39,548 nucleotides of DNA, taken from Halobacteriaceae archaeon. Its GTDB lineage: Archaea; Halobacteriota; Halobacteria; Halobacteriales; Halobacteriaceae. Position 1 is the first letter of the stretch. Each line of letters begins with the position of its first letter. The DNA lies in the NCBI GenBank assembly GCA_041639855.1, contig JBEQBK010000001.1, positions 1-39,548 of the forward strand, in the 5' to 3' direction. The notes beneath the pieces were generated by a model, which searched no databases, had not been told where the DNA came from, and saw nothing but the letters and a program-made list of their open reading frames with translations. Below, one piece after another: positions 8,830 through 17,434 of this stretch. A program made the position numbers and the translations under genes.

Positions 8830-10968
8830 ATGGGTACGTTTGAGTATACGAACACGAGCGACGACGGCGAGGCAGCCCTTCGAATCGACCCGAGCGAACG
8901 GGGGGCCACCGTGAACCCGGACCTCTACGCGAAGTTCGGCGAACACCTCTCCACCCCGTGGAACGTGAAGAACGCGTTCAGCGCCGAGACCCTCTACAAC
9001 CCGGCGTTCGGCTCTTGGAAGTTCCAGGTCCCCGAACCGACCGTGGACGGCGGCCGGCCGCCGGAGCACGACCCCGAGGAGGTCGAGGAGCGTATCGACC
9101 ACTACGCCGAGTTCCAAGCGCTTCCGGACGCCGAGCGCCTCCACGACGCCTACCGGGAGGGCTGTGCGCTGTTCTGGTTCCCCGTGGGTGATATCCGGGC
9201 GAGCCCGGAGACGGGCGTCGCCGACGACCGCGCACAGCGCGTCGAAACCGAAGAAGCAGGTCAGGGGGTCGCGCAGTGGACCCACCTCCCGCTCCAGCGC
9301 GAGCGGCGCTACGAGGGGGACCTCATCGCGCGGGCGAAGACGGAGAGCACCGTCGAGGTCGCGCTCCACCGAACCGAGAGCGACGGAACGCTCGGCGAAC
9401 CTCTCGCCGAAGCGACCGTCACGGTCGGGACGGAGTGGACGGAGGGCACCTTCGCGTTCGACGTTCCCGAGGACGTCGCGGAGGACGCGACGGTCGCGCT
9501 GGCACTCACGACGACCGAGGCTGCGAACGTCGTCCTCGACCGCGCGGCGCTCCGGCCGACCGACCACGTCGCCGGCACCGACCGCGACGTCGTCGAGCTC
9601 TGCCGTGAGGCGGAGCTCCCCGCGCTGCGCTGGCCCGGCGGGAACTTCGTCTCGGGCTACGACTGGCGCGACGGCGTCGGCCCCCTCTCCGAGCGGCCCA
9701 CGAAGCCCAATCCCGCGTGGGACGGCCTCGAACCCAACGACGTCGGAACGAACGAGTTCCTCGCCTTCTGCGAGGCCGTCGGCTGCGAGCCCATCATCTG
9801 CGTGAACGCCGGCGACGGCACCGCCGAGGCGGCCGCGAAGTGGGTGGAGTACTGCAACGGCTCGACGGACACGGAGATGGGTCAGTTGCGCGCCGAGCAC
9901 GGCCACCCCGAGCCCTGGAACGTCGAGCGCTGGGAGCTCGGCAACGAGGTGTACGGCCCCTGGCAGACGCGGTGGACGACGGCGACGGGGTACGCCGACC
10001 GCTTCGAGCGCTTCCGGGAGGCGATGACCGCGGTCGACGACAGCATCGAGGTGCTGGCCTGTGGCAATCGCAACGTCGGGTGGAACGACGAGCTGCTCGC
10101 GAACGCGGAGCCGACGCCCGAACACCTGACGGACCACATCCTCGTCGCGACCTACGTCGGCGCCGAGACGAGCCGGGAGGAGCTCTACAACGCCCACATG
10201 GGCCTCGCGACGCAACTCGGGGAACGCTACCGCGACCTCGAAGCCCGGATGGAGGCGGCCGGCGCCGAGGAGCCGCGGCTCTCGGTGACCGAGCTACAGC
10301 TGTTCACCCGCTTCGAGGAAACCGACGCGGAGCCGACCGAGGACGGAACGCCGGTCTCGGCGTCGAACATCCCCGGCAACAAGTCGATTACCGAGGCGCT
10401 CTACGACGCGACCGTCATCCACGAGAGCGCTCGGATGGCGCCGTTCCTCGACGCCGTCACCCACTCCGGGCTGGGGAACCACGGCGGCGGCGTCCGGAAA
10501 CACAAGGAGTCGGTGTGGGCCGACCCCTGCTACTACGGCCACCGGATGGGCGCGGCGCTCGCCGGCGGCACCCAACTGGGCGTCGAGTTGGCGTGTGATT
10601 CGTTCTCGACCGACCGCACCTTCGGCACCGACGACTCGAAGTGGCTCGGCGAAATCGAGCCCGTTGACGGCGTGCCGAGCGTCGACGCGCTCGCGGTCGA
10701 GACGGAGGGCGACATCGTCGCGATGCTCGTCCACCGGGACGCGACGGCCGGCGGCGTGACGGTGGATATCGAGGTCGGCGACGGCTTCGAGCCGGGGAGC
10801 GAGGCGGCGCTCACCGAACTCACCGCCGACGCGATGGAGGCGGAGAACAGCTACGAGGAGCCCGAGCGCGTGACGCCGACCGAATCGACCGCCCCCGTCG
10901 AGGACGGCACGCTGTCCGTGACGCTGTCGCCGAACACCCTGCTCAAGGTCCGCTTCGCGGGGGAGTAG
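8830..10968 (+). CDS. GH51-like alpha-L-arabinofuranosidase, long cytoplasmic form (paralogue of 4683..7307)
   Basis: In-frame part of track ORF 8704..10968; ATG 8830 (MGTFEYTNTSDD) follows a TATA-like ctttttagg. Motifs: LRWPGGNFVSGYDWRDGVGPLSERPTKPNPAW, WELGNEVYGPWQ, SVTELQLF. No signal peptide. Confidence 0.8.
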   Translation: MGTFEYTNTSDDGEAALRIDPSERGATVNPDLYAKFGEHLSTPWNVKNAFSAETLYNPAFGSWKFQVPEPTVDGGRPPEHDPEEVEERIDHYAEFQALPDAERLHDAYREGCALFWFPVGDIRASPETGVADDRAQRVETEEAGQGVAQWTHLPLQRERRYEGDLIARAKTESTVEVALHRTESDGTLGEPLAEATVTVGTEWTEGTFAFDVPEDVAEDATVALALTTTEAANVVLDRAALRPTDHVAGTDRDVVELCREAELPALRWPGGNFVSGYDWRDGVGPLSERPTKPNPAWDGLEPNDVGTNEFLAFCEAVGCEPIICVNAGDGTAEAAAKWVEYCNGSTDTEMGQLRAEHGHPEPWNVERWELGNEVYGPWQTRWTTATGYADRFERFREAMTAVDDSIEVLACGNRNVGWNDELLANAEPTPEHLTDHILVATYVGAETSREELYNAHMGLATQLGERYRDLEARMEAAGAEEPRLSVTELQLFTRFEETDAEPTEDGTPVSASNIPGNKSITEALYDATVIHESARMAPFLDAVTHSGLGNHGGGVRKHKESVWADPCYYGHRMGAALAGGTQLGVELACDSFSTDRTFGTDDSKWLGEIEPVDGVPSVDALAVETEGDIVAMLVHRDATAGGVTVDIEVGDGFEPGSEAALTELTADAMEAENSYEEPERVTPTESTAPVEDGTLSVTLSPNTLLKVRFAGE

Positions 10969-11736
10969 CTACCCGTCGAGGACCTCGGCGCTGTCGTCCC
11001 GGGGCTCGTAGCCGATTTCGCGCATCGTCTCGGTTAGCGAGAGGTAGCGCTCGGTGTTCCGGGAGACGACGTTCACCGACACCGCGCCCTCGACGGAGGC
11101 GTCGACCGAGGCGAGCGCCGCGTCCCGACAGTCCCGCGGAGAGAGCCACATCGCCCGCGCGTAGCGGGCCTTCTCCTCGGGCAACGACTGCTTCTCCCGG
11201 AGACTCTCGGGGTCCAAGAGCCACCCGATACGGAGGTTCACCACGTCGAGACCGTGTCTGTCGGCGTAGTAGGAGCCGAGCGCTTCGCCACTGACCTTGC
11301 TTACCGCGTAGTACGAATCGGGGCGCGTCGGGTCGTCCGGCCGGACCGCATCGGCGTCCGCGCGCAGCGACTCGGGCACCGAGACGTCCGCGATGTTGTG
11401 CATCTGGGAGACGTGGTTGGTCGAGGCGAACACCACCCGGTCGAGGTCGTTCTCGACGGCGGCCTCGTAGACGTTGCGCGTGCCGTCGATGTTGACGTTC
11501 AGAACCGACTCCCATCCCGCGTCGGGCGACGGGTTCCCCGCGAGGTGGACGACCGCGTCCTGGCCGTCGAGCGCGTCGACGAGCGCCTCGCGGTCGGTGA
11601 CGTCGAGGACGATGCTGTCGATACCCTCGCGCTCGCGGTGGGTAATCGGCGTGACCTCGTGTTCGGACTCGCGCAGCGCGGCGAGTGCTTCCCGTCCGAC
11701 GTTGCCCGCGGCACCGGTGAGTGCGACGTTCGCCAT
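10969..11736 (-). CDS. NAD(P)-dependent epimerase/dehydratase-family (extended SDR) oxidoreductase; candidate L-arabinose 1-dehydrogenase
   Basis: 255 aa. Rossmann motif LTGAAGNVG and catalytic YAVSK (YxxxK). Its stop abuts the stop of the convergent GH51 gene with a 0-nt gap. The functional guess comes only from locus context and the known extended-SDR L-arabinose dehydrogenase of Haloferax volcanii. Confidence 0.75.
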   Translation of the reverse strand: MANVALTGAAGNVGREALAALRESEHEVTPITHREREGIDSIVLDVTDREALVDALDGQDAVVHLAGNPSPDAGWESVLNVNIDGTRNVYEAAVENDLDRVVFASTNHVSQMHNIADVSVPESLRADADAVRPDDPTRPDSYYAVSKVSGEALGSYYADRHGLDVVNLRIGWLLDPESLREKQSLPEEKARYARAMWLSPRDCRDAALASVDASVEGAVSVNVVSRNTERYLSLTETMREIGYEPRDDSAEVLDG

Positions 11737-11829
11737 ACCCCTACATACGGGCGGGGGAAATAGTGCTTTCCGGACCCGCTCCGACGCGCGATAGCAAGTT
11801 CTATGTGGGCCCGTCGAAACGAATCCCGC

Positions 11830-12558
11830 ATGGCAACAGTACGGTTCCGCGACCCGGCCGGTTCAGTTCGGAAAGGTACCTGGAGCGATGAGGGCATCGA
11901 GTTCGGCGGTGAGACCTACGACCCCGACGAGGTCGACGTGCTCCCGCCGAGCGACCCCACGAAGGTCGTCTGCGTGGGGCTGAACTACGCGAACCACGCC
12001 GAGGAAGAGGGCATGGACATCCCCGAGCGCCCCCTGCTCTTCCTGAAGCCGCCGAACACGGTGTCGAGCCACGGCGACACGGTGACGCTCCCCGAGGGAA
12101 AGGAGAAGGTCGAACACGAAATCGAGTTCGCGGTCGTCATCGGCGAGCAGTGCAAGAACGTTCCCGAGGAGGACGCGATGGACGTCGTCGAGGGGTACAC
12201 GATAGCGAACGACATCTCCAATCGCGACGACCAGCGCGTCGAGCAGAACTGGGTCCGCGGCAAGGCCTTCGACAACGCCTGTCCCCTCGGCCCCGTCATC
12301 GCCGACCCCGAGGACGTGCCCGAACACGCGGACGTGGAGCTCCGCGTGAACGGCGAGGTCCGCCAGTCCTCGAACACCGAGGAGTTCATCTTCTCCGTGC
12401 CCGAGCTCATCACCGAGATTACCCAGTACCAGACCTTAGAGGAGGGTGACGTCATCATCACGGGCACGCCCGCCGGCGTCGCGCCGCTCGAGGACGGCGA
12501 CCGCGTCGAACTCGAAATCGAGGGCATCGGAACCCTGGAACACGGCGTCGAACGGTAA
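11830..12558 (+). CDS. fumarylacetoacetate hydrolase (FAH) family protein
   Basis: Track ORF 11803..12558; ATG 11830 (MATVRFRDPAG). FAH-fold motifs: VVCVGLNYANHAEE, LFLKPPNTV, EIEFAVVIG, TGTPAGV. Confidence 0.85.
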   Translation: MATVRFRDPAGSVRKGTWSDEGIEFGGETYDPDEVDVLPPSDPTKVVCVGLNYANHAEEEGMDIPERPLLFLKPPNTVSSHGDTVTLPEGKEKVEHEIEFAVVIGEQCKNVPEEDAMDVVEGYTIANDISNRDDQRVEQNWVRGKAFDNACPLGPVIADPEDVPEHADVELRVNGEVRQSSNTEEFIFSVPELITEITQYQTLEEGDVIITGTPAGVAPLEDGDRVELEIEGIGTLEHGVER

Positions 12559-12559
12559 G

Positions 12560-14467
12560 ATGGTCGAGGAACTCACCGGCCGTCGGCTGTCGACGGTGTC
12601 GCTCAGCGACGTGGCCATCGACGACGACTTCTGGAACGACCGCCTGGCGACGAACCGCGAAACCTCGCTCGAACACCAGTACGAGCAGCTGGGCGAGCGC
12701 TGTCTCCCGAACTTCCGGCGCGCCCGGGATGGGAAGGAGGGCGGCTTCCAGGGGATGTGCTTCGAGGACTCGGACGCCTACAAGTGGCTGGAGGCGGCGA
12801 GCTACGTCCTCGCGACCCGCGACGACCCCGAACTGAAGGAACGCGTCGACGAGGTCATCGAGCTGGTCGCCGCCGCACAGGAGGAGAACGGCTACCTGAA
12901 CACCTACCACCAGCTCAAATTCGACGACGAGCTGCGCTGGAGCAACCTCCGGAACCTCCACGAGCTCTACTGTGCGGGCCACCTCATCGAGGCGGCCGTC
13001 GCACACCACCGTGCCACCGGCGAGGACTCCCTCCTACAGGTAGCGAGTGACTTCGCCGACCACATCGACGACACCTTCGGCCCCGACGACCTCCACGGCG
13101 CCCCCGGCCACGAGGAAGTCGAACTCGCGCTGGTGAAGCTCTATCGTGTGACCGAGGAACAGCGGTATCTCGACCTGGCCGAGTACTTCGTCGACGCCCG
13201 CGGGACGAGCGGGCGCTTCGACTGGGAGACCGACCATCCCGACGAACTCGCCGGCGGGGAGTGGTGGCACACCGGCGACGACTACGACGCGACGTACTCC
13301 CAGAGCCACGCGCCGGTCCGCGAGCAGGACACCGTCGAGGGCCACTCGGTGCGCGCGGTGTACCTCTACAGCGGCGTCGCGGACCTCCTCCTCGAAGGGG
13401 CGGGCGACGCGGAGTTGGCGGGCGCTCTCGACTCCCTCTGGGAGAACATGACGGAAAAGCGGATGTACGTCACCGGCGGCATCGGCTCCACGTCCGACGG
13501 CGAGCGCTTCACCGAGGACTACGACCTCCCCAACCGGTCGGCGTACGCCGAAACGTGTGCCGCCGTCGGGAGCGTCTTCTGGAACCGCCGGCTGTTCGAA
13601 CTCACCGGCGAGGGCCGGTTCTACGACACGCTCGAACGCGCGCTGTACAACGGCGTGCTCGCGGGCGTCTCGCAGGACGGCACGGAGTTCTTCTACGAGA
13701 ACCCCCTGGAGAGCCTGGGCCACCACCACCGGAAGGGCTGGTTCGCGTGCGCCTGCTGTCCGCCGAACCTCGCGCGCCTCCTGGCCTCGCTGGGCGAGTA
13801 CGTGTACGCGCAGAACGCCGCGGACGAACCCTACGTGAACCTCCTGCTCGGGAGCGAGGCAACGCTGACAGTCGGCGGACGGGAGATGACGTTGACCCAG
13901 CACACCGACTACCCGTGGGGGGAGTCCGCCGAAATCGAGGTCGGCGTCGACGACGAACTGGACACGGCGCTCCACGTCCGGGTGCCAGAGTGGTGTGCGA
14001 ACCCCGAACTGACGGTGAACGGCGACGCCGTCGAGAGCGACCGCGCGGACGGCTATCTCACGGTCGAGCGGAGCTGGGAGGACGGCGACACGCTCGAACT
14101 CGCCTTCGAGTTGCCGGTCAAGCGGATGGCCGCCCACCCCGACCTCCCCGACGACGCCGACCAGCTCGCGCTCCAGCGGGGGCCGCTCGTCTACTGCGTC
14201 GAGGAGACTGACCTGGGCGAGGCGCCCTCGCGGCTGCGCGTCGACCCCGAGGCGTCCGTCGACGTTCGGAACGACGAGGACCTGCTCGGCGGCGTCGTCA
14301 CGCTCGCCGGCGAGGCGCGGGCCGCGACGGCCGACGGGTGGGACGGCGAACTCTACCGGGAGTGGAAGGGGACCGACGAGCGAACGACGGCGTTCACCGC
14401 GGTGCCCTACTACGGCTGGGACAACCGCGAGGAGGGGCGCATGCGGGTGTGGCTCCCGACCGACTGA
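12560..14467 (+). CDS. GH127 / DUF1680-family beta-L-arabinofuranosidase-like glycoside hydrolase
   Basis: In-frame part of track ORF 12446..14467. ATG 12560 starts 1 nt after the stop of the FAH gene. About 635 aa. Family-typical start (VSLSDVAIDDDFWNDRLATNRE), YAETCAA, and the cysteine cluster GWFACACCPPNLARL. Confidence 0.85.
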   Translation: MVEELTGRRLSTVSLSDVAIDDDFWNDRLATNRETSLEHQYEQLGERCLPNFRRARDGKEGGFQGMCFEDSDAYKWLEAASYVLATRDDPELKERVDEVIELVAAAQEENGYLNTYHQLKFDDELRWSNLRNLHELYCAGHLIEAAVAHHRATGEDSLLQVASDFADHIDDTFGPDDLHGAPGHEEVELALVKLYRVTEEQRYLDLAEYFVDARGTSGRFDWETDHPDELAGGEWWHTGDDYDATYSQSHAPVREQDTVEGHSVRAVYLYSGVADLLLEGAGDAELAGALDSLWENMTEKRMYVTGGIGSTSDGERFTEDYDLPNRSAYAETCAAVGSVFWNRRLFELTGEGRFYDTLERALYNGVLAGVSQDGTEFFYENPLESLGHHHRKGWFACACCPPNLARLLASLGEYVYAQNAADEPYVNLLLGSEATLTVGGREMTLTQHTDYPWGESAEIEVGVDDELDTALHVRVPEWCANPELTVNGDAVESDRADGYLTVERSWEDGDTLELAFELPVKRMAAHPDLPDDADQLALQRGPLVYCVEETDLGEAPSRLRVDPEASVDVRNDEDLLGGVVTLAGEARAATADGWDGELYREWKGTDERTTAFTAVPYYGWDNREEGRMRVWLPTD

Positions 14468-14479
14468 GTTTCGTCTCCT

Positions 14480-14494
14480 TCCGGCAGCCCCGGA
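14480..14494. promoter_or_regulatory. perfect TCCGG-N5-CCGGA palindrome upstream of the dehydratase gene
   Basis: tccggcagccccgga, centred about 40 nt upstream of TATA tttaataa (14527..14534). Confidence 0.55.
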
Positions 14495-14526
14495 CGCGGT
14501 GTGCGAACGGATGCCGTATGGATAGA

Positions 14527-14534
14527 TTTAATAA
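14527..14534 (+). promoter_or_regulatory. TATA-box-like element
   Basis: tttaataa, about 29 nt upstream of ATG 14559. Confidence 0.5.
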
Positions 14535-14558
14535 TTAGTTGTGAGCCATTAGGGACGC

Positions 14559-15734
14559 ATGTCAGATGTGCGTATCACGGGCGTAGAAACGTATCTGGTT
14601 GCGAACCCCTGGAAGCCGTGGGTGTTCGTGGAGCTGGAGACGGACGCCGGTGTGACCGGCATCGCGGAGGCGACGACACACGACAAGCCCCGCACCGTCG
14701 CGGCGGCCATCGAGGAGATGTCGAACTTCTTCGTCGGCCGGGACCCCTTCGACACCGAGTCCCTTTGGCTGGAGATGTACCGCGACGAGTGGTTCTCGAA
14801 GAACGTCATCAACACCACCGTCGCGTCGGCCGTCGACATGGCCTGCTGGGACATCAAGGGGAAAGTCCTCGACAAGCCCGTCTACGAGCTGCTGGGGGGT
14901 CCCGTCCACGGCATGGAACTCCGCGCGTACGCCAACGGCTGGTACACGGACACGGAGGGAGAGCCCGAGGGCTTCGCCCGCGCGGCCGAGCGAGTTGTCG
15001 ACGACGGCTACGATGCGATGAAGTTCGACCCCTTCGGCACCGCGTGGCAGTCGATGACTCGGAAAGAGCAGAACCACGCCGTCGACATCGTCCGCGCCGT
15101 CCGCGAGGCCGTCGGGCCCGACGTGGACCTCCTCATCGAGTGTCACGGCCGTTTCTCGGCCGGGCAGGCGGTCGAAATCGCGCGCGAGCTCGACGAGTTC
15201 GACCCGACGTGGTTCGAGGAGCCCTGCCCCCCAGACTCCATCAACAGCCTCGCGGAGGTATCGCGCAAGTCGCCCATCCCCGTGGCGACCGGCGAGCGAC
15301 ATATGACCAAACACGAGTTCTACGAGCTGGTCACGCAGACCGAGGTCGACGTCTTCCAGCCCGACCTCATGAACACAGGCGGCATCACCGAGGGCAAGAA
15401 GATCGCCGGGCTCGCCGAGGCCGACCACGTCGACGTGGCCCCGCACAACCCGCAGGGCCCGGTCGCGGGCGCCATCTACGGTCACTTCTGTACCTCCATC
15501 CCGAACTTCCGCATCCAGGAGATGTTCCAGACCTACGACGTTGACTGGGTCGACGACCTCCTAAAGGAACCCCTCGTCGTCGAGGACGGCTACGTCCAGA
15601 TTCCCGAAGGCCCGGGGTACGGCATCGAACTGGACCACGACGTCATCGCGGAACACGAGTACACCGAGGAGAAGGTTCACACCATCGACCTCTGGGAGAA
15701 GAACTGGGAACAACGCGCCGTCGAGAAGCGCTGA
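14559..15734 (+). CDS. enolase-superfamily (mandelate racemase/muconate lactonizing enzyme) sugar-acid dehydratase; candidate pentonate (L-arabinonate/D-xylonate) dehydratase, XacD-like
   Basis: 391 aa. ITGVETYLV, DMACWDIKGK and YELLGG form the N-terminal capping domain. Barrel motifs: AMKFDPFG, LLIECHGRF, WFEEPCPP, ATGERH. TATA tttaataa lies about 29 nt upstream. Confidence 0.85.
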   Translation: MSDVRITGVETYLVANPWKPWVFVELETDAGVTGIAEATTHDKPRTVAAAIEEMSNFFVGRDPFDTESLWLEMYRDEWFSKNVINTTVASAVDMACWDIKGKVLDKPVYELLGGPVHGMELRAYANGWYTDTEGEPEGFARAAERVVDDGYDAMKFDPFGTAWQSMTRKEQNHAVDIVRAVREAVGPDVDLLIECHGRFSAGQAVEIARELDEFDPTWFEEPCPPDSINSLAEVSRKSPIPVATGERHMTKHEFYELVTQTEVDVFQPDLMNTGGITEGKKIAGLAEADHVDVAPHNPQGPVAGAIYGHFCTSIPNFRIQEMFQTYDVDWVDDLLKEPLVVEDGYVQIPEGPGYGIELDHDVIAEHEYTEEKVHTIDLWEKNWEQRAVEKR

Positions 15735-16072
15735 CCCGTCGGACGCGTTCTACAGGCCGCCGTGCGTTCTTTCGTCGCCGCGCCGGGAACTGACCAGCGG
15801 CGGCGCCGGGGAGACGGCGGCGACACACGCTCAACGCCCGTCGTGTTGGTGGTTCCGCTCATGGCGGATATGGGTGAGCGAAGCGCGCCAGGGAAAGCCA
15901 CACCGCCGAGTTGATTTACGCTACTAACTTTGTAAATTATTTCCGGATTTGCTTCCGGCCACACCGAAATATTTCCATATCAGCTGAGCACCCGTTTTCG
16001 GCCCGCAGACGTGTTCTACGGGAGCGGGGTTCGTATGACTGTCTTTTCAGCCCGTCTCCGCCGTGTTTTTTC

Positions 16073-16087
16073 TCCGGCAGTACCGGA
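16073..16087. promoter_or_regulatory. perfect TCCGG-N5-CCGGA palindrome upstream of the KdaD/XacE-like gene
   Basis: tccggcagtaccgga, centred about 46 nt upstream of TATA tatttaa (16126..16132). Confidence 0.55.
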
Positions 16088-16125
16088 TTCTTCTACAACC
16101 GGACGGTATCGGCGGCACATAAAAC

Positions 16126-16132
16126 TATTTAA
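16126..16132 (+). promoter_or_regulatory. TATA-box-like element
   Basis: tatttaa, about 28 nt upstream of ATG 16157. Confidence 0.5.
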
Positions 16133-16156
16133 CCGCTCACCGAATGGTGTCGGTGC

Positions 16157-17026
16157 ATGCGATACTACCGGATCGAGCGAGACGAGACTGTCTCGCTCGT
16201 CGCGGAAAACGAGGCGACCGCGTACGTCTTGACCGAGACGGAACACGGCCCGAAATCGTTCACCGAGTTGGCCGACGCGGCCGCACTCACCGACCAGAGC
16301 ATCGACGATGTAACACGCGGGCTGCTCGACGAGGCCCCAACCATCGACCTCGAAACCGTTCGCGAGCACATGATCCGCCCGGTCGACCCCGAGGAAGTGT
16401 GGGGTGCAGGCGTGACGTACGCCATCAGCCAGAAGTCCAGAGAGGGCGAGGGGGGGCTAGAGGAGGCCTACATGGGCGCCTACGAGGGCGAGCGGCCCGA
16501 AGTGTACTTCAAGGCGACGCCGACCCGGACCGTCGGCCCGAACGAGTCGGTCGGCATCCGGGGGGACTCCGACTGGGACGTCCCGGAGCCGGAGTTCACG
16601 ATGATTCTCCACGAGGGGGATATCGTGGGCTACACCGTCGGCAACGACATGTGTAGCCGCGACATCGAGCGCGAGAACCTCCTCTATCTTCCGCAGAGCA
16701 AAATCTACGACAAGAGCTGCGCTATCGGTCCCTGCATCGTGACCGAGGAGACCATCGGCGACCCCCACGACGTGAGCGTCGAGTTGACCGTCGAACGCGA
16801 CGGCGAGGTCGCCTTCAGCGAGGGCACCTCGACCAGTCAGATGGTGCGGACATGTGAGGAACTCGCCGACTACTTCCGGCGCTACAACCACGTTCCGGAG
16901 ACGACCGCGCTCCTCACCGGGACATCCATCATCCCGCCCGACGACTTCACGCTCCGGGAGGGCGACGTGGTGAACATCGAGGTCGAGAACGTTGGAACCC
17001 TCGTCAACACTGTTGAAAGGCTCTGA
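16157..17026 (+). CDS. FAH-family 2-keto-3-deoxy-pentonate dehydratase-like protein (KdaD/XacE-like)
   Basis: 289 aa. FAH fold with the N-terminal extension typical of the Sulfolobus KdaD-type enzymes (WGAGVTYAISQKSRE, YFKATPTRTVGP, PEFTMIL, LLTGTSIIPP). TATA tatttaa lies about 28 nt upstream. Confidence 0.8.
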   Translation: MRYYRIERDETVSLVAENEATAYVLTETEHGPKSFTELADAAALTDQSIDDVTRGLLDEAPTIDLETVREHMIRPVDPEEVWGAGVTYAISQKSREGEGGLEEAYMGAYEGERPEVYFKATPTRTVGPNESVGIRGDSDWDVPEPEFTMILHEGDIVGYTVGNDMCSRDIERENLLYLPQSKIYDKSCAIGPCIVTEETIGDPHDVSVELTVERDGEVAFSEGTSTSQMVRTCEELADYFRRYNHVPETTALLTGTSIIPPDDFTLREGDVVNIEVENVGTLVNTVERL

Positions 17027-17089
17027 CTCAGTGATTTTTGGTTCGGCGTGAAAACCGGAATGGGACCATAGGCGTTCGCCGCCGCGAAT

Positions 17090-17262
17090 ATATGGATGTT
17101 CGGTCAATTATTTTTGTGTGTTAATTTAGCCTTCTATCGGCATATAAATCGCTTTTGAGGAGCTATAGCCCCATTTTCTTCGGTCGCGATAACTATGTGA
17201 TTGTGATTTATTTTTAAGCATTTTTTAATATAGTCTGTTTTTGTGACGCTATTCGATTGTGA
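17090..17262. other. AT-rich block 3' of orc1 (possible second unwinding element)
   Basis: A visibly AT-rich run (ttatttttgtgtgttaatttag ... tttatttttaagcattttttaatatagtctgtttttg) in an otherwise GC-rich window. It directly abuts ORB 17272. Confidence 0.5.
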
Positions 17263-17271
17263 GGGGCGACC

Positions 17272-17292
17272 GAATTGCGGACACGGTGGTGT
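17272..17292 (+). repeat. ORB-like origin repeat
   Basis: Exact gaattgcggacacggtggtgt. Confidence 0.8.
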
Positions 17293-17321
17293 CCCCGCCG
17301 CCGTTCGCCCGCCACCGAAGT

Positions 17322-17342
17322 GAATTGCGGACAGAGTGGTGT
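17322..17342 (+). repeat. ORB-like origin repeat (variant)
   Basis: gaattgcggacagagtggtgt; 2 mismatches to the consensus. Confidence 0.7.
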
Positions 17343-17377
17343 CTCCGGAGAGAATCCCCCCGAATCAGAATTGCGGA

Positions 17378-17398
17378 CACGGTGGTGTGGGGGGGTCC
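17378..17398 (+). repeat. ORB-like origin repeat
   Basis: Exact 21-mer followed by a G7 tract. Confidence 0.8.
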
Positions 17399-17413
17399 AT
17401 CGAACGACGATAC

Positions 17414-17434
17414 GAAGTGCGGACACCGTGGCCT
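17414..17434 (+). repeat. degenerate ORB-like repeat overlapping the orc1 stop codon
   Basis: gaagtgcggacaccgtggcct, 17/21 identical. Preceded by the same cgaacgacgatac spacer seen before ORBs 19143 and 19419. Confidence 0.45.

Noticed and set aside
12713-12727. tccggcgcgcccggg, a one-mismatch match to the TCCGG-N5-CCGGA motif inside the GH127 gene
   Set aside because: It lies in coding DNA far from any promoter. One-mismatch matches are expected by chance in GC-rich DNA, so it is used only as a caution for the motif finding.
15942-15958. Direct repeat ttccgg-atttgc-ttccgg in the 15735..16156 spacer
   Set aside because: It contains the half-site sequence, but as a direct rather than inverted repeat and with different spacing. 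Evidence for a site is insufficient.
15911-16132. 73-aa ORF in the 15735..16156 spacer
   Set aside because: It is Phe/Arg/Ser-rich and lies in low-GC promoter DNA containing the palindrome and TATA of the downstream gene. There is no coding signature.
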